From Bispira polyomma (taxonomy: Eukaryota), in NCBI GenBank assembly GCA_965649765.1, contig OZ287751.1, positions 62,248,001 through 62,312,000 of the forward strand: a stretch of 64,000 nucleotides of DNA, given 5' to 3'. The notes beneath the pieces are model-generated. The model was given only the letters and a program-made list of their open reading frames with translations, was not told where the DNA came from and did not search any database. Shown one piece after another: positions 13,601 to 25,099 of this stretch. The translations under genes and the position numbers were made by a program. How positions within the stretch are numbered: the first letter of the stretch is position 1; every line of letters begins with the position of its first letter.

Positions 13601-16600
13601 CCACATGCGCTGTCCCTGTACACGAATTTCTGTCGATGGAGCCCTGTAATAAGGATTTCCAGTCTTACCTAGAAGCTGCCTATGAATGCATCACAGGTAA
13701 GGGTGATAATCTTTACCAAAACTAAATGTTCAATGTGTGCTAAGTAAAGACTAGTAGTTGAGGAAATTTTGTTGGAGGATTGATGCCTACTTTTTCCTTT
13801 AATCTTAAACAATCATATCTTTTTTATAAATACTTCTGTTGCTGAGTATCATTAAACTGTAAGGGAACAGCATTCCTTGAAAACCACTCAGGATGGGTTA
13901 GACAGAAAACCACAAATCATAAAAACAAAAGATTCACATTTTCACTAATCCTTATCCTAAAGGGCTTTTCATTAAACTGATTTGTAACTTTTCTTAAAAG
14001 TTAGGCAAAAAAAAATAGAGTAAGACTTTTCTCCATAGATTCAAATTTGCATTGGGATTTTCTCCTCGTGACTTTTTTATGTGAGGGCTTTTCTTTGTCT
14101 GCCTATGAATTTGTGTCTTCAAATCAAAACTGGCTGTCATATGTTGACATACACAAGCAGTAAACATAGTAGGGCTTTTACTCCATAGATGCATAGTGTG
14201 GACATTCAAATTTTTAATCTAGAACACATTAGAGTGGTTTTGACAAATTAGTAAATAACTTAAGATTAAAAGATTGATTATGTTCAAACAAACTATGCCT
14301 AATGTGGTAATGTGCCTATAGTTTCTAGCACAAAAGCAATGCTCTTCTGCTTCGTCTTAAAGTACACAATGTGGCTAGCATTTGTTCACATACCTCTTCT
14401 CTTATGCTTCTCCCTGAAGTACCCATTGTAGGTAACATTTGTTAACATACCCCTCCTCTTTGCCTCCTTGAAGTACCCATTGTAGGTAGCTTTTGTTCAT
14501 ATATATCTTTCCTCTTTGTCTCCTTGAAGTACACAAAGCACCACGAGAAGGTTGTTCCAAGAACCACGGAGTACCTGTTGAAGGCCCAGACGGTTTCATT
14601 ATGCACACGAGAGAGACAACTGTTGGGAACAACAACAACCACCATGGTCTGAGTATACACAGGACTCCCGGTGTGGAGGCCTGTCCCTGGAACATCAAAG
14701 TGAAGGATGGACAGAAGATCAATCTCACAGTGATGACTTTTGGAGACCCAAAAGGCATGAAAATCTGTAATGCCAAACTTAAGGTATATTTTACAATGTC
14801 TTTCTGGTATTCCTGTGATTTGCTCAATGGACATGTTGAATTCAAGTTTCCCTGTGTTTAACTTGAAATTAAATAACCTATAAAAGCCTTATGTTTTGTT
14901 GGCCGTCAGATAATTCTTATACTTTTGTATCTATTAATATTTCTCCATGTTTATGACGGGGGGGGGGGGGGCGGGTTTGATGAAATGAATATGATATATA
15001 ACAAAAATGTTGACAATGTGTGTATGTTTGTGCTAGCAAATTAAAACAATTAAAATCATAATGGTAAAAAACCCATGGAAGAACATTTTAATAGACAGTT
15101 TAAAGTAAACATACCTTATATTTTGTTGGAGTATCGGTTGGTGTCCTAACTAGTAGTTACTGCTGGACCTGTGTACTATTTTTTATGTAAAGCGATTGTT
15201 TATTTGAAAACAAACCTATACATAACCCGTGTATAAAAATAATAATCCTGTTTATTTAAACTCTATGTGTATAGCAAAGTATGTAAAACATATTACTGTC
15301 TACTACAAATGCTCCAGTCTTCCCATCCAATACTACAGTTTTCTCAGAGATATTATCCACACCTTTACCCTAAAATACTTTTTTGATCTGTGGCCTATAA
15401 AATTATATGTATAAGTATACTATTGCATGGACATCGAATAAACTGTTGGGCTGTAATGTGGGACGTGATTAAGTGTAATCTATTTTTAAAGAGTGAACAC
15501 TAGCTTGGACCTTGCTCTATACATTTTGTGGCCACTTTTCAGATCACAGATGGTGGTGTCTTCAAGGAGGTGCCTCTCTGTGGGGAGAGGTTGGGGAGAA
15601 GCAGCCATGCGAGAGAGAGACACATCTATACCAGCCAGCACAGCCAGGTGTCTGCTTTCATCTCACAGAGTTACAGAGGCTATACAGACCCCAAGTACAT
15701 GCTGCATTATCAAGGTGGGTGAATGTGGACAGTTGGCAGAGATTGTCATACTCAAGTAGATACTATATGGTATATTATTAAAGAACAATGACTTTAGATA
15801 GATCATGTTGTTTTTGCAGAAAGTCAAGGCAATTTCTAAAAGAATAAAAAAAACACCCCCTCAAAATCTAATATAAATCACAGAAAATAATGCATTTACC
15901 ATTGTAAATTGAGCAAACACTTTAGTTTGTGATATATTTGTGTTTCTATTTGATATTAATTATCACGTCTCATAATACTAATTTTGAAAAAATTTCATTT
16001 TCCTCTTTTTTAAAATATTATTTATACACAGCTGCTTTCGATTTAACATACTGAAGTTGCTACTGCTAAGTCAATGCAAAATGATAATAATAATAAGTGC
16101 TTAGTTTCCTGACTGAATAATTGATTTGAGACAAATTAAGCCACGCCACATACACTATCTCTTTACATTGTGAACAAGGATTTTTTCTAGCACAGATTGA
16201 TCGATTTACTTATATACATCCTTTTTAGCCGTGGGCTGTGCTAATATGACTGTGCCAGCCCCAAACTGGGCAGTCAGACGGGATGCCGGTACCTTAAAGG
16301 TGACATGTAACAGCACTGGGGAGATCTGGTTCCTGATATGTAGCGGAAGTACCTGGGTGGGCGATATCGGCAACTGTACCAAAGGTAGTACGGAATCCAG
16401 TAAGCTCTCATTGCTTCCTTTCTGGATAATTTTATTATTAATCATCTGCTACTTAAGCCTTTGAATATTTGTATTTAGTTTTGTACTATCAAGTATTTAT
16501 AACAACATGAATAAGCATGAAAGATTGAGTTTAAAAAAATAAATAATTAAATTATATATGTTAGAGACAAAAAGAAATCTAATAGGAATTTGTTCTTAAA

Positions 16601-19600
16601 ATGTATTTCTTTTAAAAGAAATGTAAAACATTCATGGTTAAATACATTTTGACATGGTCAACATTAGTACATCAACTGCGTCTACATATTCATATTGCAC
16701 TTAAATATTCTTAGAAGTTTAGAAGTTCTGAACCATATTAGGTCTATAGTCATACAACACATAGATTTACTATGTATTTTTTTAAACTTTTGTTCACCTC
16801 CCGATATTTTGTACTATTAATATTAAGATATTTTAAAATTTCTTCTAGGTACACACAACAATGTTCGAAGGAAATCCTCTGCCACTGTCATTTACCATGG
16901 AAAGTTAGGTTAGTACAGCATCACTGATAGCTCTACATTTATCTCAGCAGTACACAAATCTAAACGTCAGTTTAACAATAGCTTTGCCCATGATGCCCCA
17001 ACACTTTGGAATGAATTACCCACTGAAATTTGTTGTGCAACCTCACTCACATCCTTTAGAAAAAAAACTTAAAACCTACCTATTTGACAAGACTTTTCCA
17101 CCATAGCTCTAAATTCACCCGGCGTCTCCATGGTGCTGACCCATGCTTGTCTAACGGAAATGCAAATTGAATAAGGATACTGTCCTGCGCCTTAGAATCC
17201 TCTAAGTATGAGAGATTAAGCGCTATAAAAGTTAGATTAGATTAGATAGATGGTTAACATTATTTTGTGGCATATTTTGTAACTATTTTATTCATGCCAG
17301 GTATCTTTTAAAGCATAATGCCATAATTGTCAAACCATTTATTATGACCCAAATCGACAGAAAATATGTCATCAGTAAAGTCCTGGTCCCACCGGCTGTC
17401 ACATTAGAAGTCATTTGAAAATTAATTTGCGTTGATTTTGTGTGGCTTTTTCGGGAGCTGACATATTATACATAAGCATGCATAACCTGGCGTGAGAGAT
17501 GAGATGCAAGAAATTAATAATTTCAAACCGTTTGAAATTTGGACACGCAAGAGATACAAAAGTATGACGTACTGAAACGTGTATATGCGTCACAGTGTGT
17601 AAATGTGCATCATTATGACGTCCTTTTACGTGTATTGGGGTACTCATAAAGGTCATACCGGGGTTGAAATATGTACTTTGACGTGAACTTATGCATCCTC
17701 TGTTGAGACTTGACAGCTTTTGACGTACTAATAAAAGAATTTTAACATCTGTTGACGCCTTCCACTGAAGAAAAGCAATATTTTTGGGTTTTGAATCAAC
17801 TTTTGCAGCAAATATTTACACGGCCCTGTGTGACTAACCTACCCTAATGTACATCTGGTGGGACCAGGGCATTAGCAATGGTGTCTTCACATCGTGTCCA
17901 GGGGTGTTATTCACCAAGTCCACACAATATTATTATGCATTTTTAACACGATTTATTGATGCTAGGCATCTTCTAAAGCGCAACAACAGATCAGTGATCC
18001 AAAGGTGTGATTCATGGACATAGCAAGGTCACTAGGAAGGATGTGGGGGTGTACAGATGGGAAACTACGGTCGGAAAGCCAGGTTAAAAAGATAGGTTTA
18101 AAATTTTTTCCTCAAATCGATAAGTCTGTCAGATGATCTGGGTTTGACTAGAAAACTGTTCCATAACAAGGGAGCTACAATGGAGAAAGCTCTGGATTAA
18201 GTGACATCAGTGCGACTGCCAATGTGAAAAATCACCCTGAATATAAGTTATACCAAGAGTGTTTTACTGAAATATGTAAAAAGAGTACACTACAATATCT
18301 TTAGGTGAAAACCATTGTAATTTTATGGATATGTTTTAAATGCCCTTCATTGTTGTGTAAAGTCTAAGCAGATGAAAATTCGGACACTTAATGTCCCTAC
18401 ATTAATTAAACATAAAATACACATGTTATAGCTTTTATGACAAGACCAACTAATGTCATTAACGACACTCGGTCCTGCTGGGAAAATTAAGATGATACCA
18501 ATCTATGGATCCAGTATTGCCATGATAATTTACTAGTAATACGCCTGCTTACTGGTAATTATACCAGATAAAGGTATCATAAATTTAAATAGAAATGCAC
18601 AAATTATAATCTTTTTATTGTGTGTATTTATGTCTTTTTCCAGGGATTATCTTTGCAGTGCTGATTGGTATCGTACTCGGAGTGACCATTGGTGCCTTGC
18701 TGCTCTTGTTAGTGCACTGTTATAAAAGGTACGAATACACTGCAATACCTAAAGTTAAGCCACCATAAAGTAAAATCACTTAATCTATTTTACAGTTTAC
18801 AACAAATTATCTGCTCAACAGTTTGTTCTAGTAAACAGTAAATGCCACTTGTTTAAACCATTGACAAATAAAGATAGTTTATGTCATCATGGATTTGGGG
18901 TTTAATATTGCATGGTTGTAGCTGTATTAATAATTATTTGCTGTGTAAGTCATATCATATGTTTGGTCAACATGTTTGGTCAACATAAATTCAGTAGTTT
19001 CCGCAGTCCTGCAGGATTTTTTTCTTGTTCATTTCAAATTTGTGTTCTTCCTTGAACAATGGCCTAGCCCTCCTCCTTCAAAGTTGAGCAATAACCCTTC
19101 AGTAGTTTGTTTTCCATATCTCCTGCCAACATTCAAACCAACAACATTGCTTTAATGCAGATTCCCATTCTAGGCTTTTTTAAAAAAGTATTTAGTAAAA
19201 ATTATATCACAGTTTGATACCAAAAACAGCTTTATAAATAAGGTGATACAAGTAGTAAATGAAAGATGGTCCCTTTTTCGACTATAGAGGGTAAGCGAGG
19301 ATGAAGAGATGGGTCTTAAGGTTGCTTCTTAAACAAGAGACGGTTTTCTGGCATCTTATATTGGCTGGCAAATTATTGCACCATAGCATTGGTGCTGCAA
19401 CCGAGAAAACATAGGATCCAATCAATTTACTGGTTCTGGTATTAAAGATCGAGATTCTGATTCCCCTGGTGATTCCCCTGCATAAAGACAACAATGTGGT
19501 AAGATAGGGGGGGGGGGGGGGGGGGCTGTCAAAAATTGACAGCTAAAATTCCTTTTTTTAATATTTCTATTTTTTTACCTGGGCAGGAAGCAGAAACAGA

Positions 19601-19983
19601 GCCAGCACAACAACTTTGTCATGGTTCCACAGGACGCCAAGGACAAGTTTTACGAAGAAGGAACTTACAAACCCATGGCTCTGGATCCCAAATCCGGACA
19701 GCTAAAGGACGCCTATCCGGCCCTCCTCAGAGACACGGGTGAACCCTATGAGACGCGGACCCAGGCCGGACACAACCACCCCCATCAGCAACATCTGCAG
19801 CAGCAGGGTGTTCCTCACAAACAGTGCTACTCGGTGGAGAACCACAACATGCAGATCAAGACATTCCCACACGATAGGACCCTCTACCACTCCTTGGATA
19901 CCAAGTGTGGGGACTGTGCATGCCCAAACAGCGGCAATAACAGGTGTGACGTAACCGGCTCAAGATATATAGATGTGGAATGA
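10628..19983 (+). CDS. Spliced gene: signal peptide - SUEL (rhamnose/galactose-binding) lectin domain - CUB-like domain - sushi-like Cys domain - TM helix - Tyr-rich cytoplasmic tail
   Basis: Phase-consistent GT-AG exon chain: 10628-10682 (tentative), 13412/13418-13696, 14530-14783, 15543-15714, 16229-16384/16399, 16849-16908 (tentative), 18644-18728, 19587-19983. Confidence 0.8.
13412..13696 (+). CDS. SUEL-type lectin exon
   Basis: DFCAVESFNVTCP..VILMMHALYGRM..GRC.....GYLGCSSNV...FDAKCSGRPTC.....PC......YLEAAYEC; two in-phase acceptors (13412, 13418); donor G|GTAAGG. Confidence 0.9.
14381..14535. repeat. ~55-bp unit x3 that duplicates the splice acceptor of the next exon
   Basis: TTTGTT.A.ATA...CCTCTTTG.CTCCTTGAAG|TAC.CA-like unit repeated three times. 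Confidence 0.8.
14530..14783 (+). CDS. CUB-like domain exon 1
   Basis: GC......V.GPDGFI ... GVEACPWNIKVKDGQKINLTVMTFG; phase-1 acceptor, phase-0 donor AAG|GTATAT. Confidence 0.85.
15543..15714 (+). CDS. CUB-like domain exon 2
   Basis: ITDGG..KEVPLCG....RERHIYTS..SQV......KYMLHYQ; TTTTCAG acceptor, G|GTGGGT donor. Confidence 0.85.
16229..16384 (+). CDS. Sushi-like Cys-rich exon
   Basis: AVGCANM..PAPNWAVRR...LKVTCNSTGEIWFLICSGSTWVGDIGNCTK; alternative donor CCA|GTAAGC at 16399. Confidence 0.85.
16849..16908 (+). CDS. Possible short linker exon (THNNVRRKSSATVIYHGKL)
   Basis: TTTCTTCTAG acceptor, TTAG|GTTAGT donor, phase 1-1, open frame. Confidence 0.4.
   Translation, partial: VHTTMFEGNPLPLSFTMES
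16925..17250 (+). mobile_element. L2-type LINE 3' end
   Basis: SFAHDAPTLWNELP...FRK.LKTYLFDKTFPP, GCGCTATAAAA, (TTAGA)n tail. Confidence 0.8.
17382..17868. mobile_element. MITE with ~26-bp imperfect terminal inverted repeats
   Basis: CCTGGTCCCACCGGCTGTCACATTAG at left, CTAATGTACATCTGGTGGGACCAGG at right; non-coding interior. Confidence 0.7.
17930..18240 (-). mobile_element. L2-type LINE 3' end
   Basis: Reverse complement encodes AFSIVAPLLWNSFL...; 3' UTR closely matches 46250-46450 and 39790-39870. Confidence 0.75.
18644..18728 (+). CDS. Transmembrane exon (GIIFAVLIGIVLGVTIGALLLLLVHCYKR)
   Basis: Strong polypyrimidine CAG acceptor, ~23-aa hydrophobic helix followed by basic residues, phase-2 donor AG|GTACG; not in the ORF track. 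Confidence 0.88.
19282..19485 (-). mobile_element. L2-type LINE 3' fragment
   Basis: IGSYVFSVAAPMLWCNNLPANIR...LKTHLFILAYP. Confidence 0.75.
19587..19983 (+). CDS. Terminal exon, cytoplasmic tail
   Basis: GGCAG acceptor in phase 2 joins RKQKQSQHNNFVMVPQD...SRYIDVE*; AT-rich 3' UTR with AATAAA follows. Confidence 0.85.
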
Positions 19984-20693
19984 AGTCTATATTTAATGAC
20001 TGTCCTCTTTTTTTTTCTTATATGTTTTCTTTCATGTTTTTTTTTTATTTCTTTATAATAAAAAAAATATTGTTGTATACTTCCTCTTCTTATATGTAAA
20101 TATGTACATGTGATCACAGATATAATTTATTGAAACGATATATAATTATATATATTACACACATAGGTGACTCATTCAATGGCTAACATATATTATATAA
20201 ATATATATAAAGATGGAAAATGTGTGTGTTTTGTTTTCAAAATCAAATTTTTAAATATATGTGCTTCATTCAAATGTGTAAATATTATTTTTATTGAGCT
20301 GTATGCATTACTTTAAGAATAAAGAAATCGTATTCCCAAATGACTTTTGTGCCTTTTAAAACTATAAAAATTTTAACATCATTAATAAATTTTAATTGTG
20401 AATGACTTAACATTAACAGGTTAATCTACAATTTGAAGTCCCAAGGTAAATGTATCAAGGTATAACTGTCAAATTATGAAATTTATAAAAGATCAAGTCT
20501 TTTAGTTCTTACAAAATGATCAGATGAAGCTTCATCCTTCTGAAGAGATCCAATGTTTTTATTATTATTTTAATATCACTTATAATTTCATCTTAACATT
20601 AAGCCTATTCATCCACACGTCAGATATATATTGCCCGGAAGCCAGTTTATTTTTTTCCCAATACTTACAGTGTAGACACTCCCATGTGTCAGA

Positions 20694-20946
20694 GGGGGCT
20701 GCAGTAGCCTAGTGGTTAGCAAGCATTGCGCTTCACAATCACTGGTCTCTCACCTCTGGGCAGCGTGAGTTTGAATCCCGTCGATGCCTATGTGGGAAAG
20801 GTGGTAGTTTCTTACTGTGGGCCGCTGGTTTCTCTGCAGAACCTTGACCGACTGTATGCAGGGTTTCCTCCAGCATTTCCAACTACCCGTCCCAATATAA
20901 CCTACTAAAAGGTACTAGAGTGGACGTTAAATATCCAAATTCAAAT
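20694..20946 (+). mobile_element. tRNA-derived SINE (Meta/MESC-like body), copy 1
   Basis: A box TAGCCTAGTGG, B box GAGTTTGAATCCC, body GGTTTCCTCC...ATATAACC...GTGGACGTTAAA; two further copies in the window. Confidence 0.85.
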
Positions 20947-22339
20947 ACATAAGCATTCTAACATACAACTAATCTCAGTATAAGTAAATTTAGTATGATT
21001 TATCTCTTTAATACTAATGAGATCTCCTACCAATTTTTTTTTAATTGAACAACAGCAATCTATGTTACTACTGAAATAAACAGAATAAAAAGAATTTTTT
21101 TTTTCATTTTTTTTTTCTTTCTTGTCATTAAATTGGTACGCCTGGGCGTACTGGCGTTAATGGTAGCTACGCCCCTGCTCTGTTAACGTGGTGGCCATAA
21201 ATGGGAAATCCTCACAGTAGACTTACTTAACACACCCATAAATGGCCTGTTTGTGCACAACCATGTTTATCCCTACATACTAACACGGTACACACAATTT
21301 ATTCACCTTAAGAGGCTCTTGCATGGTATCAGGTCTGATACCCGTTTAGAATTATCTGATTTACCAACAGAGTTTCCCAACTTGGGGTGGAGAAACCACT
21401 TTATCAGTCGCGTCATAATATGACGCTCAAATAATGCACACACCTTAAAGTCATAGTACATAATATTGCCCCCCCAGTGAGAGCATTTAAAATACACAAC
21501 ACACGTCCGACAATGACGTTTTGATGTCTTACAGAACATGCTGGTGACTTATATGCACAATGTACAATTGTTTGGCTAAACAAAAATTTATTTGAAATTG
21601 CCTTTAATTCAATACTCACATTAATATGAGAACAAAGCTCACTGCAGAATAGATCATGGGTGAGGCCAGCCGCCCCGGGCCTGTGGCACCTAGTCTCGCC
21701 TAGCAGTGGAAGAGTTCTGCCTCTTAGAGCCCCTTGTTCTACCCTGGTCCCCCAGTGGTGGGCTCAGGGGGGAGTTAAAGAAGGCATCCCACTACCCAGC
21801 TCGGGGAGCAGATCTCTAACCAATGAATCTACCCTACGTGAGTGAGTAAATGTGTCAAAAACCCATACTGGTGAAAAGACCCTTAACCTAGTCAGGTAAC
21901 CTAGAAGTCCTAAGCAAATAGCCATACTGTGGATAAGGGGAGGAGGTGGGTTGAAAAATTCCTTCAGTGATGTTTACTGGTGAAAATGTAAATGTAAAAT
22001 GGAGGATAGCTAGTGAAGCTAGAGGTCAAAAGTAGCTAATTATATGATTGGTTAATAGTGTGGATGGACAGAAAACAGGACTATGCCACTGCATTCGCTA
22101 ATTTTTTTAAAGTAGTAGGTATAATAATGGGTGTGAGTTGAACTAGCAGTCACCTAAAGGTGACCTGCTGTGCACAGTCCAGTGTTGGTAAGATTATGTG
22201 CAGTTATGGTAAGTTTTGTTGAAGGCAATAAAAAGATTCTATTTGAGATTTTATTTGATACAGGTTAGTACGTACATACAAGTTTACATAAATGAGAAGT
22301 TAAAATTGAATATCATAAAATTTTAAGCCCCAAACCCAA

Positions 22340-23229
22340 CTAAGAAAAGGGGATAGCTGCAGCGAAAGTGAGGGAGACTACTGAGGCAGCTTGGGAGGTT
22401 TGCTGTAAATATGTCCACTCGGCTGACGATCTCCAAAGACTGAGAGACGTGATATTTTGTAACGAGACATTTTTAATGAAGGCGAAGGTTGCCCCCTGAC
22501 CTTCTTAAAGTATGAAACCCATGTGATTGGTATGGAATCCCTATGTGTCAATACTTTTTGGGAGGGCAAACCTCACATGTGTGTCCACTATGGGGTAAAA
22601 AGGTGGGCAGTTGGCTGAAAACAGTGATGAAGTTTTGGGGAAATCTGTATAATGCGTGTATCACTACGATTCTGTATGTTCTTTGCCCATTTTAATATAA
22701 CGTGAGCTCCTGGTGGAGCAAAAAAGGTCTTGTCTAAGAAAGTATCTTGTAGGGTCAAATCATGCTCGTGAATGAGATGCTATGTTTGAGAGTCTTAGAA
22801 ATCTAAAAAAGGCCAGTAACAAAATGGGTATTGGGTTTTGAAATATTCGGCTTGCTTGTGAGATCTGAGTGAGTTGGCTTATATCAAATATACCCTGGGC
22901 TTAGGCAGAAATGTGGAATTTATTGGGATGCTTCTAATGAACAATAGAGCTGTGTGTAAAGGGAGCCAAGTCTCATTGAAGCTTTCTAGCCATGTATTTC
23001 AGTGATGATAGGTAATTGGCTATCACAGACGGGAAAAGGTGGTTCTGAACAAGGAAATCTAGGAATGCTAATATTGAGTTAACATTAATATTTCTGATAT
23101 CTGCAATGTGTAGGAGAGAAAGAAAAGTCTTGAATTGGTTATTGTAAGCTGTTGATGTCCTCGGACGTAATGTAGTGTCTATTCGATTGCAGGCTGACTG
23201 AATAAGTGGATGTGTGACCCTGGTGGAAC
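22340..23229 (-). pseudogene. E1 tyrosine recombinase remnant
   Basis: LRPRTSTAYNNQFKTF ... HGFHT..RR ... LWRSSAEWTYLQ; frameshifts and deletions. Confidence 0.85.
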
Positions 23230-23234
23230 CTGTA

Positions 23235-25050
23235 ATTATATAGATAATTCCATGTCAAAATATTTTAAAGGAACTTCGTTTCAGTGGTAGCAGTTATATA
23301 ATTTATGTAACATGTCCTCCTTAGGTGGCTTTGCCGAGTATATCCTGGATAGAGCATCTGCAATGATATTAAGTTTCCCTGGAATATGTTGTATGTTTAT
23401 GGTTATGTCATAGGTGGCAGCAAGTAGCTAAATTTTCCTTAAACATGATGCTAGGAATGTGTCCTTCGTTTTCTGGGTGTTCACAACCAGAACCACGGCT
23501 ATGTTCTCGCAGTGAAATAAAATATGCTTATGTGCCCATTTAACCGCCCAGATCATCCCGCATTTCTTAATAAGTATTAATAAATTTATTTTCGTTGTCG
23601 TTATTCCTGAAAGCATTTAAGAGTCTGTTAATAAAAGTGCGAGCTGGTTTGATGCACTTATGAATATAATAATTTCCCTAGGAGAGATTGAAATCTGCTG
23701 AGTGTAATACTACGCCTGCTGTATACATGACTTCAGCATTCGAAAATTTCAGCAATTTTTTCCTGCTGGATACTAATGGTGCCCGAAATAACGTCAATAT
23801 TATTACCCAAACAAGTGATACTTGTGCTGGGTGGAGTATGCTTGTTATTGTTCATTGGCAGACCCAGTTTGTCAAGAAGTTTAGTGAGTATATCAAAACC
23901 TATAATCATTGATGTAGCAGAACATGTTGTGACTATGGCGACGCATATATGCCCCTATTTTGTCAGAAGAACGTTCAAAAGTTGCCCTTCTGTAGACCCA
24001 TCCGAACGCAACTGCGGGATCAATGTAATAACCTTCTTTAAAAGAAATGCCAAATTTCATTGCGTCGACTGGGTCCACCTGGATATTGCGGAAGCCGGCG
24101 CAACGTCAGTTTTGAATAATACCGGGTCCTTCGTTACAGTAATTGCCTTAGTAATGTCATCGATTGTCGGAAATTTTAAACTAAGTTTAGTTCTATCAAA
24201 TTCTGCCTTATTGACGTTCTCATTCAGTGAACGGCCATAATGTTGTGAAAGGTTTAATATGACTCTTCTACTATCTGTGTCTTTGCATTCAGTGCACGGC
24301 CATAAGGGTGTGAAAGGTTTAATATGACTCTTCTACTATCTGTGTCTTTGCATTCAGTGCACGGCCATAAGGGTGTGAAAGGTTTAATATGACTCTTCTA
24401 CTATCTGTGTCTTTGGGGCGGGTCAGTAATGGTGAGCAGTGGTAATGCGAGAATTGTACCTCTGCCACTAGGCCCAAGATGGCCCCTTTGCTTTTTTCCT
24501 TATCCAGGTATTGTCCTACACTTTGTGTATATTGAAGGGCAGAAAAATGATTGACAATAGTATTGTTATTAAGATTGTTTGGATTGGTAAGGGATAATTG
24601 AAAGCCGAATTTTCTGTACTGACATAATAGTTTATCTGGGTAATCTTTAAATACTTCATCCCAAGCTTCTGTGTTCAGACCTGAACGCAATGGGATTCTA
24701 GCTTGTCTATAATTTGGTACTGCAGTCTCTCTGATCACAGATGCAACATACATCTACTGATCTAATGTCCCTATCTGGGCCTATGAATGTAAACTCAGTG
24801 GGGGAAAGTGCTAAGAATCCCATATGCTTAAGGGGTCATTAATGTCCTTAAGTCTGTTTATTAGTGACATTGTCACCTTTATCCAGTTGTAGCATTTAAG
24901 AGAAGTCGTGGTGTGACGGGTTACAGTATATTTTATTACAATCAAGACTCTTAGTCGTCTTGTATTGGTTGTGTGTACTTACTTTAACATCTGCCTTTAC
25001 TTGGTCAGATTTATCGACTAGGTTGGCTATTTTCTCCTCTGTGTCGTCAA
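23235..25050 (-). pseudogene. E1 reverse transcriptase / RNase H remnant
   Basis: [64 protein letters not shown]; deletions and a 65-bp triplication. Confidence 0.9.
24221..24415. repeat. 65-bp tandem triplication inside the E1 RT
   Basis: Units start at 24221, 24286 and 24351. Confidence 0.95.
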
Positions 25051-25099
25051 TTAGTCACATCAATCAATTTATGGATATATACAGTGTAATCAATGCCTA

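Noticed and set aside
14402-14845. Long antisense ORFs over the CUB exon, RT, gag and hAT regions
   Set aside because: Shadow frames of real or formerly real coding sequence on the other strand
20694-20790. SINE heads (also at 25259, 29070 and 41570-41662) as tRNA genes
   Set aside because: A and B boxes are present but there is no acceptor stem or cloverleaf; they continue into SINE bodies, and two copies have TSDs
21161-21177. CAGGGGCGTAGC hAT/MITE-like terminus where E1 B2 would be expected
   Set aside because: No partner end found; it may mark the event that removed B2 but cannot be delimited
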